DNA of 64,000 nt from Lama guanicoe (taxonomy: Eukaryota): the NCBI GenBank assembly GCA_013239625.1, contig MU053431.1, forward strand, positions 496,001 to 560,000, written 5' to 3'. The notes beneath the pieces were generated by a model. The model ran no database searches and was not told where the DNA came from. It saw only the letters and a program-made list of their open reading frames with translations. A program made the translations under genes and the position numbers. Below, piece by piece: positions 48,434 to 61,960 of the stretch; positions within the stretch are counted from its first letter, which is position 1; each line of letters starts with the position of its first letter.

Positions 48434-51400
48434 CTTCTGATGAAACGTAAAGGGGTGAAACAGCGGTTCACCCTGAGAGGCACTTTTCCAAAAAATAAAG
48501 GTAGGTCCGGACTTGGTGAGCATACCTGGAGGTCCGGGTGCCCCAGGAGAAGATGGGGCCTTTGATGGTTGCCTACACACAGGAGGACTGGGAGGAGCTG
48601 GTGGACAGGAAGGGAGTGCTCCTCTTCACTGCTCCCACAAAAGTAGCTTTTGTGACAGAGCCCAAGCCAGGGCGTTCTCCCCAGAGGACCTCCCACCCCG
48701 GCCAGCGTGTGCTCTGCAGTGACACACCAGCTCTGGGCCGTCAGAAGCAGCAGGTTCCCTGGAGGAGCCGGGCTAGTGGCTGTCTGCTCCCTGCAGCCCC
48801 TGTCCCCTCCCAGGTGGAGGTGATGGAGCACAGCTCTGGGTCAGGGTCCAAGAGGAGGGATGGCAGGGGAAGCCACAAGGGACGGACAGGGAGGAAAGCG
48901 GAGAGGGTCTGTAGCCACAGCACTACCCTGCCGGGCACGGTGCCGACGGAGCAGCTGCGAGGTGGCTCTCCAGGTGGGAACCCAGGTGCCTGCGTGGCTT
49001 GAACTGGAGGGTGTACTGGCACATGAGCACGTGTTTTCGTGTGAAGTGTGAGTGTAACACACCCTAGCGCACACACGAGCAGCTTCCCGCACAGGGGTCG
49101 GTGCAGGGGGCCGCCACGTGGCCTCCAGCTTTGGAAAAGGTCAGCAAAACTGCTTCTATATCCTGGACTCTCCTGAAGTCTAAGGGATATGGCATTTTCT
49201 GGTTAAAGAATTCCCTTTAAAAATTTTATCTCCTGTTGAAAGTTTTCCAGGCTTTTGTGGCGTTTTAAACAAAATAAAGTAATGAATGGTTAATAAACGT
49301 GTTTCAGGAGAACAAAAGAGGCAAAAAGCTCTACAAAGAGAAACCAGGAGCAGCGGCGCGCAGCGAGAGCAGGCGTGCGCACGGGGCGCCTTCCCCGCCT
49401 GTCTGTTTCCTGTCCGTTCTGAGCGGAAGGAGGCACAACTCTGCAACGGGCTTCTTTGATTAGATATTGCAAGTACTTTCTCAGCTTCATATGCTCCATA
49501 AGTGTTATTTAAACACATTCTATTGTTTTCATTATTACGCTCATAATTGCATATTAACTCTAGAGAAAGTGAAAAAATGTTAAGCAAGAGAATAAAATTG
49601 AATTGTAATCCCAACACTTACAAATAAGTGCTATTATCATTTTTGCAAGTATTTATTTAGTGCGCATGGAAGGAGGGCTGATAAACAGTTACAGACATGG
49701 GTAGATACAGATGTGGACCACTGTACCCACTGTGTGTGGGTTTTACCCATTCTGTTTATTTGGAATACAGGCCGAATGGAATCGTAAGCCATACTCCATC
49801 TTTATCCTATTAAAATGCCATTAGATGTTGATTTTTATTTAATGGCTAAGTTTATTTCCATTTCTACAGGGGAAAGAAAAAAAATGAGTAATTAGGAAGA
49901 GGCTCGTTTGCTCTGTGTTATCAATTATCTGTCTGTCTGTCTGTCTGTCTAAACCCTTTAAGGCTCCAGGGTTTATTTTAAATATTGATTCTCTGTCTCC
50001 TGATGCTCGAGGTCAAGGAGGGCAACAGCCCCTCCCGCCACGTAGACGCCCCCCAAGCCCCCACCCCGTGTCTCTGGCAAGTCAGTCCTTTACTTTCAAG
50101 TAACCCACACCCTGGGAGACAGAGATGAAAACGCAGGTCAGAAGTGACGACCCTGCCGTGGGTCCCATGACAGGGCAGTGGCCAAGCTAGAATTGATTTG
50201 TTTTGAAAAAAGGCCCGCTCGGCTTCCAAACCCTGCTTTCCCTGTGAATCCGCTCTGCTTCTCCATTTAACCTGTTATTCATCAAGTTTGCTCGCCCAGG
50301 GAAAAGGCACATGGAGTGTGTGTTCTGTGCCGCACACTCAGGAGTTACCTGCACTCCTGGTGAATAAATACTTGGTGCTGACATTTACAGTGTGAGTAAC
50401 TGACCAGGTGTTAACATCAGGAACACAGAGGAACGTCCAGCGAATCAGCAGGACGGAGGAAAGAGGCCACCAGGAGCTGACGGGCCAGGACGCGCTAGTG
50501 AGGATCCGCAAACTCAGACGCACCACCGAGGGACCGGACCTGGGCCAGCGAGGGGCACCGTCTGTGCCCGGCTGTCAGAAATGAGGCGTCCCGCGGTGAC
50601 CAGGGCACGGAGGGGCCTGTCCGCTGCTGTGGGAGCGAGCGCTGGGGCCGCAGTTACAGGAAACGACTGGGACGTTTCTAGTGACAAAGAGGACGTCCCT
50701 CGTTCTGACCTAAAGTTCTTTCCCACGTGTGCTTCCATAGAGAAGGAGAAACTTTCACAGAGACACAAGCATAAAATGAACAGAAGCATGTCGGTTGCAC
50801 CCTGACTTTGGTAACCACCAGAAATAGTCTGCGTGACCATCGGGAGAGAAGTGGATACATTAAGTGTAGGAGAGACCAACGGGTTCGCTATCCATCAGTG
50901 AGAAGGACCATGAAGCGTGAATCCACACGGTATCTCAAACACTGTGCGTGAAGACGAGGGAGCTGGATGCGAAGCATGCTTGGCAGTGTTTGAGCACACA
51001 TGACGCTGCCTCTTAGGAGGAAGGCTGGGATTGAGGGTTGAAGATACATAAAAGCTCGTCCCTGCAGGATGGTCCTAGCATGACGGTCCTTGCACGACAG
51101 CAGTGTGTCGTCCAAACTGAGGATCATAGTCAGTCTGGTGTGCACGTCTGAGGATGAAGGGGAGGGGCACATCTTTGACACGAACCCGCTGCCTCTCTCC
51201 TTGCCTCTGGCTGCGAAAGCCCCTGCGCTTGTGCGAGGAGGGGCCGGGCGCCCCGCTCACCACCGGGCGAGTGGTCAGTTCTGCTCAGTGGACATTTTTT
51301 CGGCCTTTCTCGACAATCTTGACCCCTTATGCTTCTGAAAGGACAAAAAGAATAAACATGGCAGACTAAGTCGCAAAGAGCGCCTCAGCTTGCAGCGGGT

Positions 51401-52314
51401 GCTTGCCACCGGACGCTGAGGCGGCCGTCTGGAAGGAGCGCCGGGCGCTGATGCCTGTGACTTGATCCTGCCCTCGCAGGGCCTCCTTATTGGAAGGATT
51501 CATCATGCATAGAAATTATTTGTGCTGTAGCTTGAGGCCAAAAGCTGTGCGCTCAGCACTCAGCAAGCAGCACAGGCCACCATTTCTACTCACTTACCCA
51601 GGAAATAAATGACAGCATTACCAGGACAGATGCAGTCTGTTTGCTGGTTTCCATCTGGTTTTTAAATCACTCAAAGAAAGCTCTCAAGACATGTTTTTAT
51701 GCGGCATAAAATACTCAGAGGAGGAAGAGGGCTCGGGCCTTCACACATTTGTTATTTCATTATTTGTGTTGCTGTGATAGAAGAAAAATCACAAAGTCAT
51801 TTCCCCAATTCTTTTGACCTCTGAACGCTCATTGTAACCTCTTAAATTTGATGTCTTCTCCCTAAATGTCCTCTCAGAAATTGCTCGATAATTCACTCCC
51901 CGGGCAGCTGTGACAGGGAACGGGAGCGTTTCTGCTCCCAGCAGCTCGGGCGGCTGAGGACGGGACTAGTGAAAACGCACATGGAATCAGTTCAGAGAAG
52001 ATGCCAGGTCCCGGCCAGCACTGCCCAGTCCAGGTGGCCCAGGTGGCCCTCACCTCCCACCACAGAGTAGTGGCCGTGGCTTCCTTCACTCTTGCCCTGC
52101 GTGCTCAATGGCCTGTGACCTCTTCAGGCTCTTCCTCCAAACCCCCCCGCCCTGTTGACTCCCCGCCCCCAGGCCTGGCCAGCTCTGTCATGACTGCTGA
52201 GCCCATCAGTGGAGATTTACCGAGTTCCTGCTCTGTGTGGGGCCAGCTCACGGCGGCGACTCTCCGTCTCCGAGCAAAGCAGGCTTCTGGGGCTTTGCTC
52301 TCAGTTTACCTTTT

Positions 52315-52635
52315 ATAGAGGGTGAGAGACAAAGAAGAAACAGACTGAAAAGGTGATCATCATAAGTAACAAATGCTAAGATGAGACTGAAGACGGCAAG
52401 ATGACTCACTAGGGGCAAAGAAATAAGAAATAAGTGAAGACGATTTTGATGGGTGGTGAGGCAGGGCCTCTCCAAGAGAGAAGTGTCTGAACTGGAGCCT
52501 CAAAGATGAAGGAAGCCAGACTGGTACAAACGTGGGGGAAAGTGGATTCAGGCAGAGGGAACAGCAGGTGCAAAGGCCCTGCGGAGGAACCAGCTTGGCA
52601 CGTTCGAGAAACAAGAAGGGCACAGTGACTGAGGT
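52315..52635 (-). mobile_element. LINE-2 fragment
   Basis: ttcaggcagagggaacagcaggtgcaaaggccctgcgg is the classic antisense L2 motif. Confidence 0.85.
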
Positions 52636-52739
52636 GTCCTGCACCCAGCAGCCCAACCACACTCCCTCCTCGAGTCCTCTGATGCTCCCTGCCTGGGCTG
52701 GTGGTCCCGAGCACTCTCCCAGGGCATGGTCTGCTGAGA

Positions 52740-52945
52740 ATAATAAAAACCATTAACACAGGTGGAGCAGTTACCGTGCACCAGACACCATGCCCTTAAC
52801 ACCGTCTTCTGATTTAATTCTCCCCAACACCGTTCTGTCCAAGAGGCACAAAAGCCGGGAGATCTGAGTAATCGGCCCACAGTTACAGAGCCAGAAAGGG
52901 CTGGAGTCTGGACGGGAACCCGTTTCCCTGACTCCTAAGCGGGCG
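52740..52945 (-). mobile_element. MIR SINE
   Basis: ttaccgtgcaccagacacc...atttaattctccccaacacc...gcccacagttacagagccagaaag. Confidence 0.65.
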
Positions 52946-53494
52946 TGGTTACCTCCTACACCGTGCACTCGAAATCTGGTGGTGCCTAAGCGTGAGGAAG
53001 GGATCAGGCAGTCGGGTGGGAGGCCGGCAAGCCCCCAGGGCCAGTGGGCGGTGGGGAAGGACGGATCTAGAACTTGCCTCTCAGCGTGTGTATCCACCTC
53101 ACTTGACCTCGGCTCCTGATCCAGACAGTCCGCGTCCCGTGTGAAATTAACCCTGAGAAACGCCGGGTCCCTGGGCCCTTTGGGTGAACTGGGGGCTTGT
53201 CCTTCGGGGCCAAGCCTGCCGCCTTCATCCGGGGACAGCCAAGCGTGCCAGGAATGAGGGGTGATTCCTCTACGGGCTCCGAGGGCTCTGCCCTGGGAGG
53301 CCTTCAGCAGGTCACTGAACCCCCTGAAGTCAACTTCTCGGCCTCCTGTTCCCCCCCCCACGTGCTTCCCCCAGGCCTGTGCAGCAGGGCACGGGCGGCT
53401 TTGGGGCTCAGCTCCCAGAGTGGCCCCTCGCAGTCCCCGCTGCGGGTCTGCTGGCCCTTCCCCCTTCCCGCCGAAGACGCCCAGGCCCCAGCCC

Positions 53495-53615
53495 AGGGCT
53501 TTTTTGTTTCATTTTTCTCTAAAGGCCCAGATGGTAAATACGTCAGGGGTTACAGCCCTCAGCCTCTCAACTCTGCTGCTGTTGCTTGAAATAGCCAGAG
53601 ACCACATGTAAGTGA
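53495..53615 (-). mobile_element. MER58A fragment
   Basis: tttttctctaaaggcccagatggtaaata...ctcaactctgctgctgt...atagccagagaccacatgtaa. Confidence 0.75.
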
Positions 53616-54751
53616 GCGCACAGGATTCCAGCCCTGACCACCAACAGGTGCAGCCCTGATCCAGAAGGATCCCGGACTCCGGGGTTTCCGTCTGGAGCGC
53701 CACCTTCCGTCAGCCGCACCGTCAGAAACAACTTCATGGGGTTGAGACACAGAGATTTACTACAGAACACAGTCCACCCCGACTTGGGTCGTTTATTCTT
53801 TGATGCCTCTTTGCACTGTTTGGTAGCTTTATATTTTCCAGGGCACATGCACCTTTATTAATGTCATTCCTTGAGATCTGATTGTTGCCTAAAAGATTGG
53901 TTTCCATTTTAAATGGCCACCTGGTTAGAAAACCGTCGATCACTGGAGCTTTTGAAACTTGGAAAAGAAGCCTCCGCTTTCTTGCTGCCGCCGCCAGTGG
54001 CCAGCCAGACGCTCCCTCTGAAACCCGCCGCGTGCCCGCCAGTGTCACTGTATGTGGCAACATTATTGTTATTCGAACTGAAGAGTAAAAAAAAAACACA
54101 CATTGCTCCAACCGTAATTAAATTTGAATTAAATGAGTTTGGGTTTTGCTGAGCTGTTCATTTCTGCAAAGGGTGGGGGAGTTTCTGATCTGTCCATCTA
54201 ATGAGCACCCAGGGAGTCCGCAGGGAAGAGCCTCTGATGCTGTGGGACCATTTCCACCAGCCGGAAGTCTGTCTCCTGGCTTAAGAAGTAACTGATAGTC
54301 CTTGGGGTTCCCCCGTACACCTCAGGTAGGAAATGTGCTTCCATAGCAGAACTTGACCGAGCTGCCCAAGATGTGTCCTTTTCCTCCTTTTCCAACTCCA
54401 CCCACTGAAGACACCGCAGTTCACACCTGCTCCAGTGCTGGGGCACAGAGGGACCGGGAGGAGGAAGTGAGAAGCTGGGTGCAGAAAAGCAACGTGGGGG
54501 CCTTGCAGGAAATCATTCGTGTGCCCTGCCTCCGTGGACTTGGTCTGAAGGTGGCCTCCGAGCCTGGGCCCTCGGGGTTCACTCTTTTCCAGCCCCTTCA
54601 ACTCATCTCGGCAGAAGCGGCGCGGGGACAGAGTGGCACCTACCCCAGCACCCACACATCAGAGACCTGTGGCTCCTTGTTTAAGTCCTTCTCGAAGCGT
54701 CCAGCTCTGGCCTCGTAGTCCCTTTCTTCCCCGTTTTTCACTGCCACCCCT

Positions 54752-55167
54752 TGTGCACTGAATGATTGCCCCCAAAAGACACACCCATGTCCCAGTCCCC
54801 AGAACCTGTGAACGTTGACGTTGTGGCATGAGGTGTAAGTTGATGAAGACTGTTGGGAGACGGACGTTATCCTGGGCTACCTGGGTGGGTCCTGAGCGCG
54901 ACCACATGTGTCCTTGTAAGACAGAGACACAGAGGAGAAGATAAAGAGGGAGATCGGAAGTGACGCTTCCCCAAACCGTGGACACCTGCAGCCCCGGAAG
55001 CTGGAAGAGCAGGAAGGGCCCTTCCCCGGGGTCTTCAGAGGGAGCCTGGCTCTGCTGACGCCTTGATGTTGGACCTCCTGCCTCCAGAGCTGAGAGGGAA
55101 TAAAGTCCTTCTGTTTGGAGCCCCCATTTGTGATAATGCATTAATCCAGCCCCAGGAAATGAATGCA
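54752..55167 (+). mobile_element. MLT1C/D-like solo LTR, near complete
   Basis: tgtgcactgaatgattgccccc start, ggaagctggaagagcaggaagg, aataaa, cagccccaggaaatgaatgca end; flanks CCCCT/CTCCT match 4 of 5 as a decayed TSD. Confidence 0.88.
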
Positions 55168-55224
55168 CTCCTTCTCCAAACAAAAAGGTTAGACTATGAC
55201 AACCATTCAGTCGATGAATGTACT

Positions 55225-55452
55225 GGTACCACTCATCGTAATGGGCCTTCACTCCGTGCAGGGCACTTCCCCGAGTACTTCCACACCTGATGGCATTTGA
55301 CCTTCTCAGCGTGACAGCTCCCTGCACTCTTGTTTCACAGTCGAGGAAACTGAAGCTCAGAAAGTTGGGATGACTCACTCAAGGTCACTAGCCGGTGGCA
55401 GAGTCAGAACTCAGATCTACGTTGGCCTCCCTCCAAAACCCTCTCTTAACCA
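55225..55452 (-). mobile_element. MIR SINE
   Basis: gaggaaactgaagctcagaaagttgggatgactcactcaaggtcac...ggtggcagagtcagaactc. Confidence 0.8.
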
Positions 55453-56720
55453 GACACAGTGGATATTAAGAAGCATCCACTCCTCTTCTCTTCTGGGCTT
55501 CCAGAGAATAGAATTAATGTCATTTACATTTTTTATTGAATTTTAAGGAAACCATGTATATTAAAAAGTGATGAACTCTGATTCCTGAGATTGTGGGTGG
55601 GTGATGGGGGAAATCTCATGGAACAAAGATCCAATAATCCCCAGATCATTGATGCTCATCCAGTTGTCATGGCAACCTGGAGTACCATGGCCCTCTCCAC
55701 AGGTGCAGTAGCAAACTCTGGTGAATGTGTAAAATTATCCAGATGTACTCTTCAGAGCAGAATCTGTTGGGGCACTGCAGAGCTGAGGGTCAGGCTGTAT
55801 CTGCATAGTGGTGCCCACATTGCTGGGAGGAAGAGGGAATCCCGAGGGAACTGTTAGGCAGGCACCACAGAAAGATCAAACGTGGGAGACTTTGTGGGGT
55901 GAGCATGTAAGAGCACACAGTCAGGGAAGTTAGCGGTTCTGTTAGAACAGCAGAGACGCTGAATTACAGTCCATCCAGTGCTCAGTCCTGTTACGGACCA
56001 TGTGAGGCACTGTTACGTCATGGTGGAGGCCCCGTTCAATGCTTGCCTACTTCTTTAGTGATGCTTTGAGATTTCAGTTTCTTCAGCTAAAGATACCAAA
56101 GCTTTCTAGCCTTCAAAAGCTGTTCTTAAGAGGAACCCCTTTGAGAACCTCTAGACTGGACTGTGTGTCATCTGAGCTGAGGGAGGTTTTCCCCCAGCCA
56201 TGTGCTCGCAAGAGACATGAAAATCCTCAGACCTGCTGTTGGAGATAGGGACTGGGGCCATCGATCCACCTCAAAATACTCAGTGTGCTGCTTGAATTCG
56301 ACTTTCATTTGTTCACTCAAAAATAAGGACAGAGTAACTCCTGGCGGGGGTAAGGGGAGGCTGAGGCTGGAGTGTGTAAATAAGAGGCAAGATGACCATG
56401 CTCAGGGAGCCCCTGCAGACAACCTGATGAGAAGGACCTTGACGTGTAGGCTCAGAGCATCCTTTGTGTAATGACACAAATATAAATTCTTTAAGGTCTT
56501 GTGTTGGACCAATCTCTGTTTCCTAGTTTAAATCTCATGGCCTTGAAGAGGACCTTCTGATCTACTCAGAGTGGCTGATGAGGATTAATGCAGGGCCAAC
56601 AGTTTAAATATCATGAAAAGGAAGATGACAATATTCCAAAAGAGCTAGAGGATTGTCCAAGCAAGAAGAGTAGCAGTGAGCTGTCACTTTATTTGTCACA
56701 GTGGCTGTTACTGGACTCAG

Positions 56721-56962
56721 TGATGATGGCTGTGGATGATGATGGTGATGGTGGTGATGGTGGTGATGTTGGTGATGGTGGTGGTGGTGGTGGTGGTGGT
56801 GATGATGGTGGTGATGATGGTGATGGTGGTGATGATGGTGATGTTGGTGATGGTGGTGGTGATGGTGATGGTGGTGATGGTGGTGATGTTGGTGATGGTG
56901 GTGGTGATGGTGATGGTGGTGATGGTGGTGATGTTGGTGATGGTGGTGGTGGTGGTGGTGGT
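56721..56962 (+). repeat. (GGT/GAT)n array with 45-bp higher-order unit
   Basis: Read directly; recurring GATGTTGGT marker (four copies). Confidence 0.95.
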
Positions 56963-56997
56963 ATGAAGCTAAAGTCCAGGGGAGGCTGCCTATAGAG

Positions 56998-57243
56998 CAG
57001 GTATTTGCAAACTCTGGCTGGTGGGCCAAATCTGTTTTGTAAATAAAGTGTTATTAGCCCATTTTCCTGTTTGTGTAAATAAGGTTTTATTAGCATGCAG
57101 TCATGCCCATTTGTTTGCACATTGTCTTTTGCCGCCTTCACACTGCAACGCAAAGTCAAGTGGTTGCAGTAGAGACTGTACAGTCTGCAAACCATAGAAT
57201 ATTTACAATTTGACCCTTTGCAGGAGAAGCATGACAGCCCCTG
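56998..57243 (+). mobile_element. MER58A, full length, with internal ~35-bp duplication
   Basis: caggtatttgcaaactctggc...gggccaaatctg...gtaaataaag...aatatttacaatttgaccctttgcag...cccctg. Confidence 0.88.
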
Positions 57244-59659
57244 CTGCAGCAGGAGGGGAGGGGAGACCCCGTGTGTTCCCCAGCCCAGTTCCCCCCTGCT
57301 TTCATGCCCTTAAGGACCAGTTTGGAGGCTCCTTACGGTTAGAGTGCTGGGCAGGTGGTTTGTGGACAGTTCACTGCTACACACTTCACGAGGTCCATGT
57401 GCAGGTCTTTCAAAACCAGACATGTGGTTTAAGGCAGCTTCGGCGTCCCTGAGCCTCTAGTCTATGAAGTGAGAGTTATATTTGAGCTAGAGGTGCTGGA
57501 AAACTGAACTAAGTCTGAGTTCAACATTACGTACATTTGAACAGAATTAAGCCAGTTCAACCCTCCTGAACAGATAAACATCTTCAAGTGCCTCGCACCG
57601 GCCAGGATATAGTCTTTTAAGTTTGTCGGTCATTAAGCAGACCCGCTGGAGAAAATTTGACTTTGCCTTTAAGTGACTTACTGCCGTGATTTTGAGGGGG
57701 CTTAAGGACTGAGTCTTGTCTCAGGGTGGTTAATGCCCCGCTTCTGAAACTCATTCTCTCGAAGAACCACTATTTTCAGTTTGAGGTTTTTCTTTTTTTT
57801 TTCCCCTTGGATTTTTCTAAGAAGATAAAGCTAAATTAAATTCTTCTTCATACCATCCAGCGTGAGTTATGGCCTCAGTCTCACTTAGCAACTTTCCCAA
57901 TTTATCACCATTAAAAATGGTCTAAAAGGGCTTCATTTAGATAACAGATTCTTTTGCTTCAGAATCTGCTCCCCGCTGATTTGAATTTTTCCCAGTGCTG
58001 TGGAAAGACAGAGGTTCTCCCTGAGACAGATAGTACCGATTCCCAAATAACGCTGCTGAAGTGCGAGCTGACTTTCACCAAGTGAGACAGATGTCTGGAG
58101 CTAACCCCAGCCACCTGCGGTCGCTTCCGATCAGCCTTGTATACGAGAGAGGGAAGGCGTTAGAGATCCCTAGGCGTTCTCTGGGGAAGAGGAGTTTTGG
58201 CCGAGGAGGCTGTACCAGTTCCCCATTTCAGGCTTCTGTTACCACTAAATCCACAGGCAAAGGGAGGTGCTCTCCTTGGATTAGTCGGCTGTAAATGCAG
58301 AGATAACGAGGCACGCGTTAAGACCAGAAAAGGCTGGTTTTGATTCTTATCTCAGAGTTGACAGGTGCTGAAAAATGGCAGACCTGCTTGGGGAAAGCAG
58401 ACCTCGATTTGATCAAGAGCCTTGGGAGACACAGCGTTCCCAGATCGTTCACTTGCTCTGTGTCCTGACGAAATGCCCATCCCAGGGGCGTGCTGCCCCA
58501 CCCTTACCAGTGATACTTGGAGACTTACTTTCCCCTAACAGACGTGCCATTTCTAAGTGTAAAACGAATGTGTCTTTACTGCAGTGTGTGTGTGTCTATG
58601 TGCTCATTCAGAGAATACGGAAAGTTATCAGAGAGAAAATAGATTCCCACACAGCGAAACACAGATCTAACCCTGTGAACGTTCCACGTTTTACACCCAT
58701 TTGGCTGCGGCCTTCCTCCGAACAACGATCCAGAGAGGGCTGTGCCAGGATCACAGAACCAGCTCCGGTGCTTCTTAGCAACTAACGTGTGTCTGAAAAA
58801 TATTTCGTGATTCGCATGGTGGTTTTTGAATGTTGACAGGATGTTCCTCTTGTCTGAACAAATCTGAATTTATCCAATCAGTCGCCTATTTGGAACATTT
58901 AGGACGTCCCCAGGTTCTTTGTTTTCATGAAGTAGGCTCCACTCAGACCCTCTGCCCAAACCTCCTCGCATGAACGCACGTCTGAGTGAGGCTGGCGCTG
59001 TTACCGCGTGCTTCCCCCTCCAGCCCCGTCCCCGCGGGGCGGGCTCCCTGCTTCTGGGCGGTCAGGTCAAACTCCAGGCAGGTCCATCCCCGGTCAGCCT
59101 GCGGTGTCGGTCTGCAGCCTCCAAAAGCCCCCTCCTTCTGCTTGATCTTGTCTGCACGTTGCAGGAGAAATGCCTCAGACTTGTTCGCGAGATTGCCCTC
59201 TGCAACTCTGTGGGACAAGCAGGGCTCGCCTTTCTGCAGGCGAAGGATTAAGGGCTTACCTTTAATAGGCAAAAGTGGAATCTGGGGCATGTGGGTTCCT
59301 TCCTGGGTTCCCAAACGCCTGTCAAGGTGTGTCCCATACACTCTCCATGGAGAGGAGACCGTATCTGATGTCAACAGGCATCCAGGACTCTCTCCCGCTG
59401 ACCAGCCTCCGTTCCCTCCAACACGCTCGCCGCCCCCCGAGGGGCGCCGTTCTCCACTGCTCCAGGATGGCGACGCCTGCTTTGGTTTTGGCTTTCTGCT
59501 CTAGAGGCTAATGGCAGAATAATGCTTGGTGATTTAGGCTGCAGACCGTGGCACAAGCGCAAATTTAAGGAAAACATAGAGGTCTCTAAGCAATGCTCTT
59601 TGACCTGGTTTTGGAAGGCAGACTGAGAACTGTTTAAGTGCTTAACAAGTAGATTCAAA

Positions 59660-59755
59660 TACAGCCACGGAAGCTGGGTGATGGGACCATACTGATCATT
59701 AAACTCTGCTCTCCACACTTTAGTAAATTTGAAATTTTCCATAGTAAAAAGTTAA
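59660..59755 (+). mobile_element. L1MC-like extreme 3' end
   Basis: gctgggtgatggg...ctctccacactttagtaaatttgaaattttccatagtaaaaagtt. Confidence 0.65.
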
Positions 59756-61479
59756 CCAAAACGGAAATCCAGATTAACTTAGCCGTGAGAATGTATGTGT
59801 CCTAATGGATTCAAGAGCAATTCTACTTAAAAAAAAACACACATTGAATTCAACTTGCATCATAAAGCGTGTTCCCTGTGCCAGCACAAATGATTTAAAA
59901 GTTTGCGTTGTAAAGTTCCATCCTCCTCTTCCTGCGGGTTGATGTCGCTCTGTGGGGAAAAGCCCACTCAGCCATCAGTCCAGGGAACTGAGAATCCTCC
60001 AGGCAGTCGTGTTTCTTGGCGAGGAGGAGAGAAAATATCTCTCGTTTTGGAGCTCAGACAAAGCCAGGGAGAGAGGGGTGGAGAGAGAGAAAGAAGGGCC
60101 AGAGACACAGGTGTCCCCTCCTCGGGGTGCCCCAGCAGACGCAGCCGACGCAGCTCTCTCCTCCTGCAGACGGTTCTTGAATTGAGGTCGTTAAAATGCT
60201 CCTGATTTACAGCAAGTTCACGGCAGCTTTCCTGGGGCTCTCACGAAGAGTTACTGCTGCGATGGTTTGAGCAGGGCCAGTGCAGGGGAGCCATGTGGCT
60301 GGGCCTCCTGCACGCTGGTGCTTCTACCCTGGTTCCCCGCTTCCTGAAAGACAGTTTGGAGCAGGGACCACGGTGCTTTCACAGCACCATCAGGTGGGGG
60401 CCGTGGCCAAGGCGGCCGCATCCCAGAGCTGGGTTAGGAGAAAACACCGCACGTCAGGCAGCTCTCATCTCGATTCCGCTGGAGACCAGGAAGGTGGGAG
60501 CTGAGCAGGGCGGCGGCTGGCTCCCAAGCAAGCCTCCCTCCTCCGTGTTTGTCGACAGCCTCAGAGCTGTGGCCTCCGGCTTGCCCGGGGTGCGTGGTGT
60601 TTCTCACTCACCCGGCCGAGGGTCCGTTCCCAGATTTTGTGCTAAGGTATCACTGAGCCCCCATTTTCAAAAGGTGGTCTCAACCGTGCACCTGCATTAC
60701 TGGAGGGAAGGCAGGTGCTGTGCGGGGGAGGTGGGGGGCAGCCCTCCCCGGCACATGTCTGTGATGAGGCATTTTCATCCAAAAGAAAGACGGATCGTCC
60801 ACCAGGCAGCAGCATCTTACATGCAATTATGTCTGCACACCTGCAGCTCGCCCCGTATGCAAAACCCACAGGTGCAAACCTTGAGTCCACAGACAGCTCT
60901 CTGAATCAACCCGCTCCAAATAAGCCGGGGCTCCTGTCGGCGCAGGAAGGCTGCGGAGAGGAGAGGCTGCGGGAGGAGCTCCTTCGTGAACTTCCCCTTG
61001 TGTCTCAGCCCAGAGGACCCCCCAGCCCTTCTGCGGATCAGCCTTTCCTCCCGCCCCGTGAGCACAGGGAGGGGTGTTTGCTTTCCGGGGGTGGTTGTGA
61101 ACATCTGGCTCCAGAGAGCGACGCTGTGTGGGTTTGTCTGTCCCCTCCGGGCGGCTCACGTTTGACAGTCGACATCCCCTCATTTTGGCGCCGTTCCGCA
61201 CCCTTTTCCCGTACGTCGCCTCAACATGCCTTGGGAGCCTCAGATGCCCTCCTCCGGCCCGCGCGCTCTTGCCGTTCTCGCGTCCTCCTCGCCCGGGGGG
61301 ACCCCCTCACGCTCTCTTGCTCTGTCTCTCTCCCTTATCTGAGCCCCAGGTGGACTTTGTCCCTCGTTGTCCCTTTGATCATTTTACCATGTAATATGGA
61401 GAATTGTGCACTTCTCAGACCCACGTCAGCAACGCTGACGTTGGTGGCTGCCGCCCTGGGCGGAGGTGGCCGGGCTCAC

Positions 61480-61960
61480 GGTCGCTCCTGCCTCGCCTAT
61501 GGCAGTCCTCGTGGAAGCCCCACGTCACCAGTGCTGCCATCAGCCCCGCTTTACGGAGCAGGAAACCGAGGCTCGGAAAGATTCATTCACTTTTTAGCGA
61601 GTATGTCTTGCCTTCCCACTGTAAGCCCGGTCTGTGTCAGGCACTGAGGGCACAAATAGTGAACGCAGCAGACAGAAACACCGCCCTCGTGGAGGGGCTG
61701 GTCTGGCTGGAGGAGAAAGCTGTTAATAAGGGAACGAATGACTAAGACAATCTCAGATGATGCTAAGCGCTGCAAAGGACATAAAATACACTGGTGGGGG
61801 CTGGGTAGGGAAAAGGCAGCGTTTGCGCTGAGATCTGGGGGGAGCAGGGTGAGCCACTGCAAGATCTTTGGGAGGAACCCTCCAGGAAGAGGGGGCAGCC
61901 AGCGAGAAGGATCTGAGGGTCAGAGAGCGTGGACGTCCAGGGCCAGGGGAGCAGAGTAGC
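61480..61960 (-). mobile_element. MIR fragment followed by LINE-2 3' end
   Basis: ggaaaccgaggctcgg (MIR core), then attcattcac...ggcactgagggcacaaatagtgaac...gccctcgtggag (antisense L2 tail). Confidence 0.7.

Noticed and set aside
729..53712. Partial CTCF-like motifs (~729-744, ~27417-27431, ~53697-53712) and E-box palindrome GATCACGTGATC (18419-18430)
   Set aside because: Imperfect or short matches are expected by chance in GC-rich DNA; cannot be supported without PWM scoring or ChIP.
60715..61647. 310 aa ORF, and similar long ORFs at 47962-48831, 54659-55378, 37743-38378 and 35602-36216
   Set aside because: Low-complexity GC-driven frames that run through MIR, L2, L1 or MLT1 repeats with no recognisable domain.
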